NCBI GenBank assembly: GCA_964510585.1
Contig: CAZECW010000113.1
Coordinates: 30,001 to 62,000 of the forward strand
Length of the DNA: 32,000 nt
From: an uncultured archaeon
Lineage (GTDB): Archaea > Asgardarchaeota > Jordiarchaeia > Jordiarchaeales > Jordiarchaeaceae
Direction of reading: 5' to 3'
Shown here: positions 8,803 to 19,140 of the stretch, piece by piece
Layout: each line of letters opens with the position of its first letter
How positions within the stretch are numbered: the stretch's first letter is position 1
The notes under the pieces: generated by a model
Seen by the model: only the letters and a program-made list of their open reading frames with translations
Databases searched by the model: none
What the model was told of the DNA's origin: nothing
Made by a program: the position numbers and the translations under genes

Positions 8803-11800
8803 ATGCCCCTCTATAAGGACGTTGAAACTACACCTGATTATCCAAAAATCGAAGAGGAAATCCTAAAATTCTGGAAGCAAAACAAGATATTCCAAAAAAC
8901 CCAAGAATTCCGGGAAAAAAACAATAAGGGATGGTTCGTTTTCCTTGAGGGCCCGCCCACCGCAAATGGGTTGCCCCACGTAGGCCACGTTCTAACCAGA
9001 GCGGTAAAAGATGTGGTTATGAGATACAGGACAATGAAGGGCGAGTATGTAAACCCTCGACGGGCTGGGTGGGACACTCATGGTCTTCCGGTGGAGCTTG
9101 AAGTTGAAAAGGCTCTGGGTTTGAATAGCAAGAAGGAAATTGAGGAGTACGGTGTTGCAAAGTTTAATGAGAAGTGTAGGGAAAGCGTTTTCCGCTACGA
9201 GAAGGAATGGGTTAGGATGACGGAGCGTGTAGCCACCTGGATGGATATGGATAATCCCTATGTTACACTTGAGCCGTATTTTATTGAGTCTGTTTGGTGG
9301 TCTTTGAAGCAGATTTGGAGCAAGGGTAACCTGTATCGTGATTACTATGTGGTCTTGTATTGTCCTCGCTGTGGCACCCCTTTAAGTGCACATGAAGTGG
9401 CTTTGGGTGGCTATAAGGATGTTAAGGATCCCTCTATTCATATTAAGTTTAAGCTGTTGGGGGAGGAAAACACTTATTTTTTGGCTTGGACGACTACGCC
9501 TTGGACCCTGCTTTCTAATGTGGCTTTGGCGGTTCATCCAGATTATGATTATATTTTGGTGGAGTATAAGGGTGAGCGGTTGATTCTAGCTAAGGCTCTC
9601 CAAATGGTTCTTGAGGGTAATTACAAGATTGTTCGGGAGTTTAAGGGTAAGGAATTGGAGGGCTTAGAGTATTGGCCACTGTTTGATTTCGTTAAGCCAG
9701 AGAAGAAGGCTTTTGTTGTGGTTTTGGCGGATTTTGTCACCCTCACTGAGGGTACCGGTATTGTACATATGGCTCCAGCTTTTGGCGCTGAAGACTTTGA
9801 AGTCGCCAAAAAATATGACTTGGCAATTATACAATTGGTTGACGAGGCCGGCCGCATAAAGGAAGAAGCCAAACCCTTTGCCGGGATGAAGGTTAAGGAT
9901 GCGGATAAAAAGATAATTGAAGCTTTAAGAGAGAAAGGACTACTCTTCCGCGAGGGAGTTTTGGAACACGCTTATCCCTTCTGCTGGCGCTGCGATACCC
10001 CTCTTCTCTATTATGCCATTGAAACATGGTATATTAAATTGAGTGCTCTGCGGGAGAATCTACTCCGGAACAATGAGAAGATAAACTGGTATCCTCGACA
10101 CCTTAAGCATGGACGCTTCGGCAACTTTCTCGAGGAGGGCAAGGACTGGGCTCTAAGCCGTAACCGATTTTGGGGAACACCACTTCCCATATGGAAGTGC
10201 GATAATAAACACTATGTTTGTGTGGGAAGCTTCAAGGAGCTAGAAGAGTATGCAGGCCCTCTACCTAAGGATTTTGATCCCCATAGACCCTACGTGGACC
10301 AGATTACTTTTGCCTGTCCTGAGTGCGGTGCAAATATGAAGAGGGAGCCCTACGTAATTGACTGTTGGTACGATTCTGGTGCAGCATCATTTGCGGAGCA
10401 TCACTACCCATTTGAAAACAAAGAATTTTTTGAGAAAACTTTCCCAGTAACATTCATCACAGAAGCCATAGATCAGACTCGAGGCTGGTTCTTCAGCCTG
10501 CACGCTGTGGCAACCGCTGTTTTCGACAGTCACGCATATCAGAATGTGGTTTCCCTAGGCCACGTTCTAGACGAACACGGACACAAGATGAGTAAATCTC
10601 GGGGAAACGTTGTTGACCCGAATGTAATATTTAGAAATGAGGGCGCGGATGCAATGCGCTGGTACTTCTTTGTGTCCAGCCCACCTTGGGCACCTAAAAG
10701 ATTCAGTGAAAAAATGGTGATTGAAACCAGAAACCATTTCCTGAATACTCTCTGGAACGCCTATTACTTCTATGTCACCAACGCCAACATAGACGATTTT
10801 AATCCTTACGATGATAAATTCAAGAAAAAGGATTCGCAGAACATTCTTGATAGGTGGCTTAAAAGCAGACTGAACCGCGTTATCAAAATTGTGGACTCAA
10901 GTATGAAGAGCTATATGATCCACACCGCTGCCAGAGCAATCGATAAGTTTGTGGTGGACGAGTTAAGCAATTGGTATATTAGAAGGTCTAGGAGAAGATT
11001 CTGGAGGGCGGAAATGGACGAGGACAAAATCGCCGCCTATCACACACTCTTTGAAGCCCTGGAAAAAATAGTGAGAATTCTAGCACCATTTATACCACTA
11101 ATATCTGAGGCCATGTACCAAAACCTTTCCAAGGGAAACGGTGAAGCACCTGAAAGTGTACATATGACAGACTTCCCAGAATTCAAGGAGGAACTATTCG
11201 ATGATGAACTAGAGAAAAGTATGGGTTTAGCCATTGAAATTTCAAGTGCAGGACGCGCCGCCAGAGCCAGCAAAAACATAAAACTTAGACACCCCCTCCA
11301 AGAGCTGGTGGTAGTGGCAGATTCGGAAAGTCTAGATTACATAAAACCCTTAGAACACGTATTAAAGGACGAACTTAACGTTAAAAATGTCAAATATGAA
11401 ACTGACGATTCCAATTATGTCACCTACAAGCTTAAACCCAACTACAAAAACATCGGTCCAAAGTTTAAGAACCTAGCACCGAAAATAGTTCAAGAATTAG
11501 AGAGACTGGATCCTAAGGAAGCTGCACAGAAGCTTGCGGGACAGGGCAAGCTCACATTGTTCATTGGCGGTGAACAAGTGGAACTAACAAGTGAAGAAGT
11601 TGAAGTTGAAACTCTTGAAAAGGAGAATTATGTGATGGGCCAGGCCGGCCACGTAAAAGTATTTCTTAACACCATAATTACCCCCGAACTGGCAGAAGAA
11701 GCTCTGGCTAGAGAAATAGTGAGAAGAATACAGACTATGAGAAAAGAGATGAACCTTGACTACATGCAGAGAATAGAAGTATACATAGACTGCAGCAACA

Positions 11801-11955
11801 AAATGTTCCAAGAAATAGAAGAGAATAGTGATTACATTAGAGAGGAAACATTAGCAACCATTCTAAAACAAGGGAAAGGCAAAACAAAAGGCTACCAAAA
11901 GAAATGGAAACTAAAAGACGAACAAATAACCATCACCATAAATGAGGCAAAATAA
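8803..11955 (+). CDS. ileS: Isoleucine--tRNA ligase, archaeal/eukaryotic type
   Basis: EGPPTANGLPHVGH, GWDTHGLPVE, WTTTPWTL editing motif, GTGIVHMAPAFG, DWALSRNRFWGTPLPIW, KMSKSRGN. ATG 8803 preferred over GTG 8794. Confidence 0.98.
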   Translation: MPLYKDVETTPDYPKIEEEILKFWKQNKIFQKTQEFREKNNKGWFVFLEGPPTANGLPHVGHVLTRAVKDVVMRYRTMKGEYVNPRRAGWDTHGLPVELEVEKALGLNSKKEIEEYGVAKFNEKCRESVFRYEKEWVRMTERVATWMDMDNPYVTLEPYFIESVWWSLKQIWSKGNLYRDYYVVLYCPRCGTPLSAHEVALGGYKDVKDPSIHIKFKLLGEENTYFLAWTTTPWTLLSNVALAVHPDYDYILVEYKGERLILAKALQMVLEGNYKIVREFKGKELEGLEYWPLFDFVKPEKKAFVVVLADFVTLTEGTGIVHMAPAFGAEDFEVAKKYDLAIIQLVDEAGRIKEEAKPFAGMKVKDADKKIIEALREKGLLFREGVLEHAYPFCWRCDTPLLYYAIETWYIKLSALRENLLRNNEKINWYPRHLKHGRFGNFLEEGKDWALSRNRFWGTPLPIWKCDNKHYVCVGSFKELEEYAGPLPKDFDPHRPYVDQITFACPECGANMKREPYVIDCWYDSGAASFAEHHYPFENKEFFEKTFPVTFITEAIDQTRGWFFSLHAVATAVFDSHAYQNVVSLGHVLDEHGHKMSKSRGNVVDPNVIFRNEGADAMRWYFFVSSPPWAPKRFSEKMVIETRNHFLNTLWNAYYFYVTNANIDDFNPYDDKFKKKDSQNILDRWLKSRLNRVIKIVDSSMKSYMIHTAARAIDKFVVDELSNWYIRRSRRRFWRAEMDEDKIAAYHTLFEALEKIVRILAPFIPLISEAMYQNLSKGNGEAPESVHMTDFPEFKEELFDDELEKSMGLAIEISSAGRAARASKNIKLRHPLQELVVVADSESLDYIKPLEHVLKDELNVKNVKYETDDSNYVTYKLKPNYKNIGPKFKNLAPKIVQELERLDPKEAAQKLAGQGKLTLFIGGEQVELTSEEVEVETLEKENYVMGQAGHVKVFLNTIITPELAEEALAREIVRRIQTMRKEMNLDYMQRIEVYIDCSNKMFQEIEENSDYIREETLATILKQGKGKTKGYQKKWKLKDEQITITINEAK

Positions 11956-12066
11956 GAACAATCCTACTACTATCTTCCTCTCCCTATTTTTCAACTACAT
12001 AATAATCACATTAAAATACCGGAAAAATACGAGAAGTTAATAATAAAAGGAAAGGAGGATTCAAAG

Positions 12067-13710
12067 ATTTCCATACTTTTAAAGAATGGAAGAATATTAG
12101 ATGGTACTGGTAACCCTTGGTTCAAATCAGACCTACTTGTGGAGGGTAACAAGATTTCAAGAATCGAGCCCTCAATAGAACCAGCTGGCGTCGATGATGT
12201 CATCGATGTTTCTGGATTAATTGTAGCACCCGGATTTATTGACATTCATTCTCACTCTGACATCACCATATTTTTGGAGCCAACGGCAAAGAGCAAAATT
12301 TCCCAGGGAGTAACAACAGACTGTGTGGGAAACTGCGGCTTCTCGGCATCCCCCTTTCCCAAAGATCCAGAGAGAAGGGAAGAGCTGCTCAAAAAAATGA
12401 TATGGATCTCTGAAATGCAAGATTTAGATATACGGTTTCACACCATAGAGGAGTACATGCAAGAACTAAATAAGACCAAGATTGGAATAAACATAGTTTC
12501 CTTAACTGGACACGGGATATTAAGAGCTATTTCTATGGGTGTCGAGAACCGAGAACCAACATCAGACGAGCTTGAAACAATGAAAAATTACTTGGAACAG
12601 GAACTAAAACTCGGCTCATTCGGACTGAGTACTGGCCTTGATTATCCTCCTGGATCCTTCGCTAAAACCGAAGAAATAATAGAACTATGCAAAGTGGTAG
12701 CCAAATATAATGGAATCTATGCTACTCACTTTAGATATGTTTCCGGCTCTCTATCTTCTGCAACCCGAGAAGCCATAAAGATAGGAGAAGCATCTGGTGT
12801 TCCAGTTCAGATTTCACACTTTAAAGCCTTTGGAAAACTATTCTGGGGAACACTTGGAGATGCCTACAGAATAGCTATGAGGGCGAGGAAAAAGGGAGTT
12901 GAGGTAACATCAGACACCTACCCCCATCTGGTAAACTCCACGAGACTGTTTATGACGATGCCTTTCCACCTGTACCTGAGGGATGGAGCACTAGACCCAG
13001 AAGGCTTTCATGAAAAAATTAAAAGAATCAGAGAAGATCCGAAGCTAGAAGCCCAAGTTAAAAGGGAAATAGATCAAATTGCTAGCGATGTGTGGGGAGT
13101 GGATGTAAAATCTGGTGACTTGTCCGAGTGGAGAAAAATTATTGTTTCCACCAAGGGAGATCCCATATATAATGGAAAGTCGTTAGAGCAAATAGCAAAG
13201 GAACAGAAAAAGGATCCCAGAGATGTGCTCATAGATATTTTCATCAAACACGGAATTAAGCCCGGAGGCACGTTTCTATCTTTGAGGGAAGAAGATAACC
13301 AAGTAACATTGACACATGAGATTTCAATGATTTCCTCGGACGGCGGGGTTGTTCCAAATAGAGACACTTATGTTAACCCATATTATTATGCTGCATTTAC
13401 CCAAACACTGGCAAAATATGTTAGGGAGAAGAATTGGCTCACTCTGCCCGACGCGATACGCAGAATGACTTCGTTTCCAGCCCAGAAGCTGGGTTTAACT
13501 AAGAGAGGATTGTTAAGAGTTGGAAACTACGCCGACATCACCATATTTGACCCTGAAAAAGTTCAAGATCTCTCGACAAACGAAAATCCGCACCAGTATT
13601 CAGTGGGCATAGAATACGTCCTAGTGAATGGCCAATTTGCTATTAAAGAGGGAAAATTCACGGGAATAAGGGCAGGCAGAGGAATCTTGAAAAACAGGCA
13701 AGAAATTTAA
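12067..13710 (+). CDS. N-acyl-D-amino-acid deacylase / amidohydrolase 3 family
   Basis: APGFIDIHSHSD, VGNCGFS, STGLDYPPGSFA, YATHFR, QISHFKA, MISSDGG, RGLLRVGNYADITIFDP. Conserved N-terminal LLKNGRILDGTGNPW lies upstream of the ORF-track GTG 12139, so the start is extended to ATT 12067. Confidence 0.88.
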   Translation: MSILLKNGRILDGTGNPWFKSDLLVEGNKISRIEPSIEPAGVDDVIDVSGLIVAPGFIDIHSHSDITIFLEPTAKSKISQGVTTDCVGNCGFSASPFPKDPERREELLKKMIWISEMQDLDIRFHTIEEYMQELNKTKIGINIVSLTGHGILRAISMGVENREPTSDELETMKNYLEQELKLGSFGLSTGLDYPPGSFAKTEEIIELCKVVAKYNGIYATHFRYVSGSLSSATREAIKIGEASGVPVQISHFKAFGKLFWGTLGDAYRIAMRARKKGVEVTSDTYPHLVNSTRLFMTMPFHLYLRDGALDPEGFHEKIKRIREDPKLEAQVKREIDQIASDVWGVDVKSGDLSEWRKIIVSTKGDPIYNGKSLEQIAKEQKKDPRDVLIDIFIKHGIKPGGTFLSLREEDNQVTLTHEISMISSDGGVVPNRDTYVNPYYYAAFTQTLAKYVREKNWLTLPDAIRRMTSFPAQKLGLTKRGLLRVGNYADITIFDPEKVQDLSTNENPHQYSVGIEYVLVNGQFAIKEGKFTGIRAGRGILKNRQEI

Positions 13711-13984
13711 ACAAGTTTTCCTCACATTCCTCACATCTTGCAAATTTTTCGTATTTTTTTTTTCTTTTTAACCCATTTCTGTTTATATCTCCTGCAGAAT
13801 TTGAAGGCTGCCAAAAAATATTTGCTGAAGGTCTGGCATTCTTCGTATCGACTTGTAAATATCGCAAAAATAGAAAAAAATAAACCAAGGGTTTGGGAAA
13901 TGAGATATACAAATAGCTTTGGGAATAGCTTTTATAAGGTCACACCAACACTTAGTATTGTAGATTCTTAAGGAGGAATGAAGA

Positions 13985-14629
13985 TTGGTAAAGGTTAAAT
14001 GGTGGGGTCATGCCACATTTGAAATCAAAGGAAGCAAACTAACAATCATCACGGATCCTCACGGGGGCTCAGTGGGATTACCCAATCCCAAATGTTCCGG
14101 GGATATTATTCTGGTTTCACACGACCACTTCGATCACTACTCAAAAGTCGAAGACGTATGCAAGGGTGGCGCCGAAAAGGTTTTGTGGATGACAGGCACC
14201 AAAACAGTTAAAGGAATTCCAATAAAGGGAATACAGGTATTCCATGATGAGAGTAAGGGCAGTCAAAGGGGCAAAAATGTCATCTACACATTTGAAATGG
14301 ATGGAATAAAGTTCTGCCACTTGGGCGACCTAGGACATGTTCCCTCGGAATCCCAAATTAGAGAAATCGGTGAAGTCGATGTACTTTTCATTCCAATCGG
14401 CGGAGTCTTCACCATCGACGCCTCAGGAGCCACCGAGGTGGCGGATCTAATAAAGCCAAAAATAGTAATTCCCATGCACTACAAGACTCCCGGTTTATCA
14501 CTCGGTTTAGGCGACATAAAAGCATTTACTAAGGGTAAGCCTAGAGTGAAGGAAATCAAATCCTCAGAAGTGGAAATAACAAAAAGCAATCTACCAAAGG
14601 AAACCGAAATTTGGGTACTAAAACTGTAA
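13985..14629 (+). CDS. Metallo-beta-lactamase-fold hydrolase (small, Lactamase_B_3-like)
   Basis: WWGHATFEI, ITDP, LVSHDHFDH, FHDESKG, CHLGDLG, DVLFIPIGG, IPMHY. TTG start 8 nt after GGAGG. Confidence 0.9.
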   Translation: MVKVKWWGHATFEIKGSKLTIITDPHGGSVGLPNPKCSGDIILVSHDHFDHYSKVEDVCKGGAEKVLWMTGTKTVKGIPIKGIQVFHDESKGSQRGKNVIYTFEMDGIKFCHLGDLGHVPSESQIREIGEVDVLFIPIGGVFTIDASGATEVADLIKPKIVIPMHYKTPGLSLGLGDIKAFTKGKPRVKEIKSSEVEITKSNLPKETEIWVLKL

Positions 14630-14769
14630 AACTTTTTGATTCTTTTTTACTTTTTAAAAATAAAATCAGAACCTTTTTATTTCCTCGGCATCCTCTCTAA
14701 CAGGACGAAAACTTTATTTTCCATAAAACTCGCAGCATCACCTCTATTCTGAAAAAGGGAGGATTGATT

Positions 14770-15951
14770 TTGGACGTTGAGAAAATTAGAGAGGATTTTC
14801 CCGTAACTAGAGAGTGGGCCTACTTTAACACGGGTTATTATGGCCCCCTGCCTCGCCCAGTTGTACAAGCTATGAGCGATTTTTTAGTGGAATGTATGTG
14901 CACTGGACAAGGAAACTGGGAAAACTTGTTCGATTTTGAAGAGAAAAAAGAGAGGACAAGAATAAAACTGGCAAACATGCTGGGAGCCTCACCAGACGAG
15001 ATTGCATTAACTAGAAGTACTACTGAGGGCTACAACCTAGCATTGCAGAATATTGATTGGAAGAAAGGAGACGAAATAATCATCAATAGTGTAGAGTATC
15101 CACCTAACCGCTATATATACAACTTTCTAGTCGAAAAGTTCGGAGTACAACTCGTAACTGTAGAAGCTGACGAGGAGGGTATCGTCAACCCAGCAGATGT
15201 GGAACAAGCCATAACAGAACACACCAAACTCATATCTATGTGCCACGTTACCTACCACCCAGGAACTATTTTACCCGCGGAGGAAATTGGAAAAATTGCT
15301 TCTGAAAACAATATTCTCTACGCTCTGGATGGTGCCCAAGGACCAGGATACATTCCAGTAAATGTGAAAAAACTCGGATGTGACTTTTATGCTGTAGCGG
15401 GGCACAAGGCTCTCTGCGGACCCGTGGGTACGGGCTGTCTATATTTCAAAAGGGAGCATGGGGAAAAAATGCAACCACTAATAGTAGGTGAACCATTCCT
15501 CTTCGGCGCAGAACCAACCGAAACCATCTCAGAGAAGGGAAGATGGTTGGCCCCCTATAAGTTTGAGGCAACTTCCCTAAATTATCTGGGGTTCATTGGT
15601 TTGGGCGCCGCAATAGACTATATGAATAGAATTGGGATTGAAAATATTAGAAGAAGAAACATGATGCTCACTTCCTTTGCAATTGATGAGCTAACTAAGA
15701 TCCCTAATCTTAAGATTGTTGGTACAAAAGACGTTAATAAAAGGGTTGGCCTACTGTCCATAGATCTTCCCGGTTACCCTGCGATAGTGTTGATGCCCTT
15801 CGCTGCAATAAGGAAAGTTATTTTTAGGCCGGTTAGGGGTAGCATCTCTCGAATTAGTATACACTATTTTAACACTGAGGAGGAAATCCTGAGAGTGAAG
15901 TCTGTCATAGAACAGGCCATTAAACTCTCAAAAATCAGAGAGCTCCTATGA
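14770..15951 (+). CDS. Aminotransferase class V PLP enzyme (cystine lyase C-DES/CefD-like, no desulfurase Cys loop)
   Basis: DVEKIREDFP, YFNTG, RSTTEG, LDGAQGPG, AGHKALCGPVGTG (PLP Lys), RISIHYFNTEEEI. TTG 14770 lies 7 nt after GGAGG. Confidence 0.88.
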   Translation: MDVEKIREDFPVTREWAYFNTGYYGPLPRPVVQAMSDFLVECMCTGQGNWENLFDFEEKKERTRIKLANMLGASPDEIALTRSTTEGYNLALQNIDWKKGDEIIINSVEYPPNRYIYNFLVEKFGVQLVTVEADEEGIVNPADVEQAITEHTKLISMCHVTYHPGTILPAEEIGKIASENNILYALDGAQGPGYIPVNVKKLGCDFYAVAGHKALCGPVGTGCLYFKREHGEKMQPLIVGEPFLFGAEPTETISEKGRWLAPYKFEATSLNYLGFIGLGAAIDYMNRIGIENIRRRNMMLTSFAIDELTKIPNLKIVGTKDVNKRVGLLSIDLPGYPAIVLMPFAAIRKVIFRPVRGSISRISIHYFNTEEEILRVKSVIEQAIKLSKIRELL

Positions 15952-16152
15952 AACATTTTTCCACCCTTTTGGAAACTTCTCCCAGGTTTTCTTTTTTTGT
16001 TCTGTTTTTGCTTTGTTTCGCTTTCCTTTTTTGGGTTTGAAGTTTGATGGGGTGTGTAAAAGTATTAACAATAGTAAAGCTTAAATAGATTTAATTATTT
16101 GTTTAGTTGTGCAATATCCGTGCAGAACCGTAAGTAAAACCGAGGTAATAAG

Positions 16153-16446
16153 ATGATAGTAATAGAACTATTCTATTCCAAGAACTGTCCCTACTGCCCT
16201 GCGGCCAGGAAAATGATTGAGGAATCAGTCCAAGAAATAGAAAAGGCATTTAACGAATGTATAATAGTAAATGAAATAGATGTGGGAACAAAAACAGGCC
16301 GCGAAAAGGCAAAACTGTATCAGGTGGAGGGCGTACCAACCATTGCGATAAATGGTTTAGTGACTTTTGTGGGAGTCCCACCCAGCACCCAATCCCTAGT
16401 AACCGCAATTAGAAAATTCATAGACCCCAATCAAATATATGTATAA
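16153..16446 (+). CDS. Thioredoxin-family redox protein
   Basis: ELFYSKNCPYCP (CxxC), GVPTIAING cis-Pro motif; SD GAGGT upstream of ATG. Confidence 0.9.
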   Translation: MIVIELFYSKNCPYCPAARKMIEESVQEIEKAFNECIIVNEIDVGTKTGREKAKLYQVEGVPTIAINGLVTFVGVPPSTQSLVTAIRKFIDPNQIYV

Positions 16447-16527
16447 TGAGATATAGGATTAGATTTTTTATTCTTTAAATTTAAAGCGAATTATTGCTTC
16501 TTCTAAACTTGTAAATAAAAAACCAAA

Positions 16528-17751
16528 TTGTTTGAGGAAAATAGATTAACAAGAAAATCTACCATATTGTCGGGTGCAAACTTGCCTAAAGAGCTAGTAT
16601 CTTTAAGAAGGCTGTTAAAAAGGTATTTCAGATTAATTGCAGACTACTCCAAGGAACTCTACTCGGTGGACGACGGGTTCACAAAGCAAACAGAAAAGGA
16701 ATTTAAACAATATAAAACCAACCTTGTTCTTGAAGTAATCCAACAGTCTACCAAGTCTCTATCACAGTTCATATCATTCCTAGACACGCTTGTAAACGCC
16801 CTGAACCTCTGGTTTGAATTTTTCTTCAGCATAGTTAATTCTCTCGGGACACAGCAGTATTATGATATTATCCGCGGGAAAGTACGACTCGAAGAAATTG
16901 TAAAACCCGAAAAGGTTGACCTACACTTCCTGAGGTTTAACGTGGAAAACTCTGTAGCCTTCATTTATCCAAAAATAAAAGAACTATTCTCGGTCTTACT
17001 ATCCGAGGTAAAAGGTATGCTTAGCATTTTAAAAACCATAAAGTCTGAAGTCGCGGAACAATTTATAAATGAGTTGGAAGAAACATTAAAAAAGTGGCTG
17101 GCATCTGAAGAAAACCTCTACTGCATAATTGAGGAGGCACTACAAGACCAATCGGTAAACAGCGTAAATAAAATCATAAGCCTAGCTAACTATCTAATCG
17201 ATTTCGCCCGAAACTTTCTCCACTGCATTGGGTATATTAGTCCATCTATAAAGGCGGGAGAGGAGTACGAACTAGACGACTTCGTTACAGTCCTGGAGCA
17301 GATTAAAGGTATACAAAAGGATTTAACATTAATCCTTGATTTTCGAAGAAAAGCATATGAACATTCAGAAAAATTCAATGAGCAAATACCAATAGCTCTT
17401 TGGGGAGACAGAGAGACAGCTCTTAAAAAGTTCGAAGCCTTTGCCCGTTTCGAATTAAAAACTGATAAATTGATTCCGGAAAATGTTAGTGCCGAGGATC
17501 TGGCCTTTGGTTTAGTGCAGGCAAAGGCAGAACTCAACATTGTTAGTAATGCAATCGAAATGGAAAAAGAAAAAATATATGCACTTAAAGCCGCTGCGGA
17601 TCTTCTTGAGAGTCCTATCCTAAAAATCCTATATCAAGGCATATTAAAGAGAAGAAAAATAGCAAAAAAGTATATACAGCTTCTCTACCAAAATTTGGAT
17701 GATTTACAGAGAGAAACACAAAAAGTTCTAGAGTCAAAAGGCCAACATTAA
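16528..17751 (+). CDS. Hypothetical all-alpha protein
   Basis: 407-aa ORF filling the gap between thioredoxin and gdhA; amphipathic helical pattern throughout; no family recognised. Confidence 0.8.
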   Translation: MFEENRLTRKSTILSGANLPKELVSLRRLLKRYFRLIADYSKELYSVDDGFTKQTEKEFKQYKTNLVLEVIQQSTKSLSQFISFLDTLVNALNLWFEFFFSIVNSLGTQQYYDIIRGKVRLEEIVKPEKVDLHFLRFNVENSVAFIYPKIKELFSVLLSEVKGMLSILKTIKSEVAEQFINELEETLKKWLASEENLYCIIEEALQDQSVNSVNKIISLANYLIDFARNFLHCIGYISPSIKAGEEYELDDFVTVLEQIKGIQKDLTLILDFRRKAYEHSEKFNEQIPIALWGDRETALKKFEAFARFELKTDKLIPENVSAEDLAFGLVQAKAELNIVSNAIEMEKEKIYALKAAADLLESPILKILYQGILKRRKIAKKYIQLLYQNLDDLQRETQKVLESKGQH

Positions 17752-17871
17752 ATGTTACAAAATAAGTTGAAAGAGATTAATTTTACCAGATTTTTGGGCT
17801 CTTTCACTAATCCTTAAATAAAAACTATGACAAAAGAATAGTTGAGAAATTTTTTCAGGTGGTGTTTCCCC

Positions 17872-19140
17872 ATGACGGAAGAAAACTCATTCCAACATGT
17901 TCTACACCAATTGGATAAAACTGCCGAAATAATGAATCTCGATCATAACATTCACAACTTTCTAAGAAAACCCCAACGCTCCCTTGAAGTGTCCATACCC
18001 ATAAGAATGGATGATGGTAGTATACAAGTCTTTGAGGGTTACCGGGTGCAATATAATTATGCTCGTGGACCATGTAAGGGCGGAGTTAGATACCACCCTT
18101 CCGTGACCTATGACGAGGTGAAGGCTCTAGCCGCCCTTATGACTTGGAAATGCGCAGTTGCAGACCTGCCCTACGGTGGAGCTAAGGGAGGGGTTGTTTG
18201 TAATCCCAAAGAAATGTCCCAAACAGAACTAGAAAGACTAACCCGAAGATATACTTATATGATTCTTCCAATAATTGGGCCAGAAAAAGACATCCCCGCC
18301 CCAGACATGTATACTAATGAACAAACGATGGCTTGGATGATGGACACCTATTCAATGATTACAGGTTACTCTGTACCCGGTGTTGTAACTGGCAAACCCC
18401 TAGAAATTGGAGGGACAAAGGGAAGATCGTACGCCACAGGTAAAGGCGTAATGTTCATAACTCGAAAAGCCCTCGAAGACTACAACATACCAATAAAAGG
18501 CGCCACTATAGCCATTCAAGGCTTTGGTAAAGTTGGTTCCTACGCAGCCCAGTTTCTAGCTGAAAAGGGGTGCAAGATAGTCGGCATAACAACCATGGAA
18601 GGGGGACTATTCAATCCCGACGGTATAGATATACCAAAACTATTGAATCACGTAAGAGAACAAAAACCATTTGCGGAGTACGAAGAAAAAAACTTGGAAT
18701 ACGTCCCTGACATGGAAAAAGCAAATAAACGGCTAATCAGTCTGGACGTAGATGTACTAATTCCAGCGGCTATGGAAAACCAAATAACACATGAAAACGC
18801 AGGAGACATAGAAGCAAAAATCATAGTGGAAGGAGCAAATGCCCCTACAACACCCAAAGCAGACGAAATCTTAATAGAACGTGGAATACCAGTAATACCC
18901 GACATCCTAGCAAACGCAGGAGGCGTAGTGGTCTCATACTTCGAATGGGTCATGTCCCTTCAGGCTTTCCTATGGAGCGAAAGGGAAGTTAATGTGAGAC
19001 TTAGAGATTTAATGCTCAAAGCATACGAAAGTGTATCTTCAATCCATAAGAAAATGAAAGTAGATTTACGCACCGCAGCCTACATATTGGCAGTGAGCCG
19101 TGTAGCCAAAGCAATTGAGTTAAGAGGTCTGTTTCCCTAA
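17872..19140 (+). CDS. gdhA: Glutamate dehydrogenase (Glu/Leu/Phe/Val family)
   Basis: [81 protein letters not shown] 17872 after GGTGGTG. Confidence 0.96.
   Translation: MTEENSFQHVLHQLDKTAEIMNLDHNIHNFLRKPQRSLEVSIPIRMDDGSIQVFEGYRVQYNYARGPCKGGVRYHPSVTYDEVKALAALMTWKCAVADLPYGGAKGGVVCNPKEMSQTELERLTRRYTYMILPIIGPEKDIPAPDMYTNEQTMAWMMDTYSMITGYSVPGVVTGKPLEIGGTKGRSYATGKGVMFITRKALEDYNIPIKGATIAIQGFGKVGSYAAQFLAEKGCKIVGITTMEGGLFNPDGIDIPKLLNHVREQKPFAEYEEKNLEYVPDMEKANKRLISLDVDVLIPAAMENQITHENAGDIEAKIIVEGANAPTTPKADEILIERGIPVIPDILANAGGVVVSYFEWVMSLQAFLWSEREVNVRLRDLMLKAYESVSSIHKKMKVDLRTAAYILAVSRVAKAIELRGLFP

Noticed and set aside
8165-8816. ORFs 8165-8359 and 8559-8816 upstream of ileS
   Set aside because: No motifs or SD; composition typical of intergenic and promoter DNA.
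11953-12066. ileS and the D-aminoacylase are in the same frame, separated by one TAA (possible read-through fusion)
   Set aside because: TAA is not a recoded codon, the linker is typical intergenic sequence, and a separate SD precedes 12067.
13718-13735. TTCCTCACA x2 and other short direct repeats as possible CRISPR remnants
   Set aside because: Only two 9-nt units, no spacers, no cas genes.
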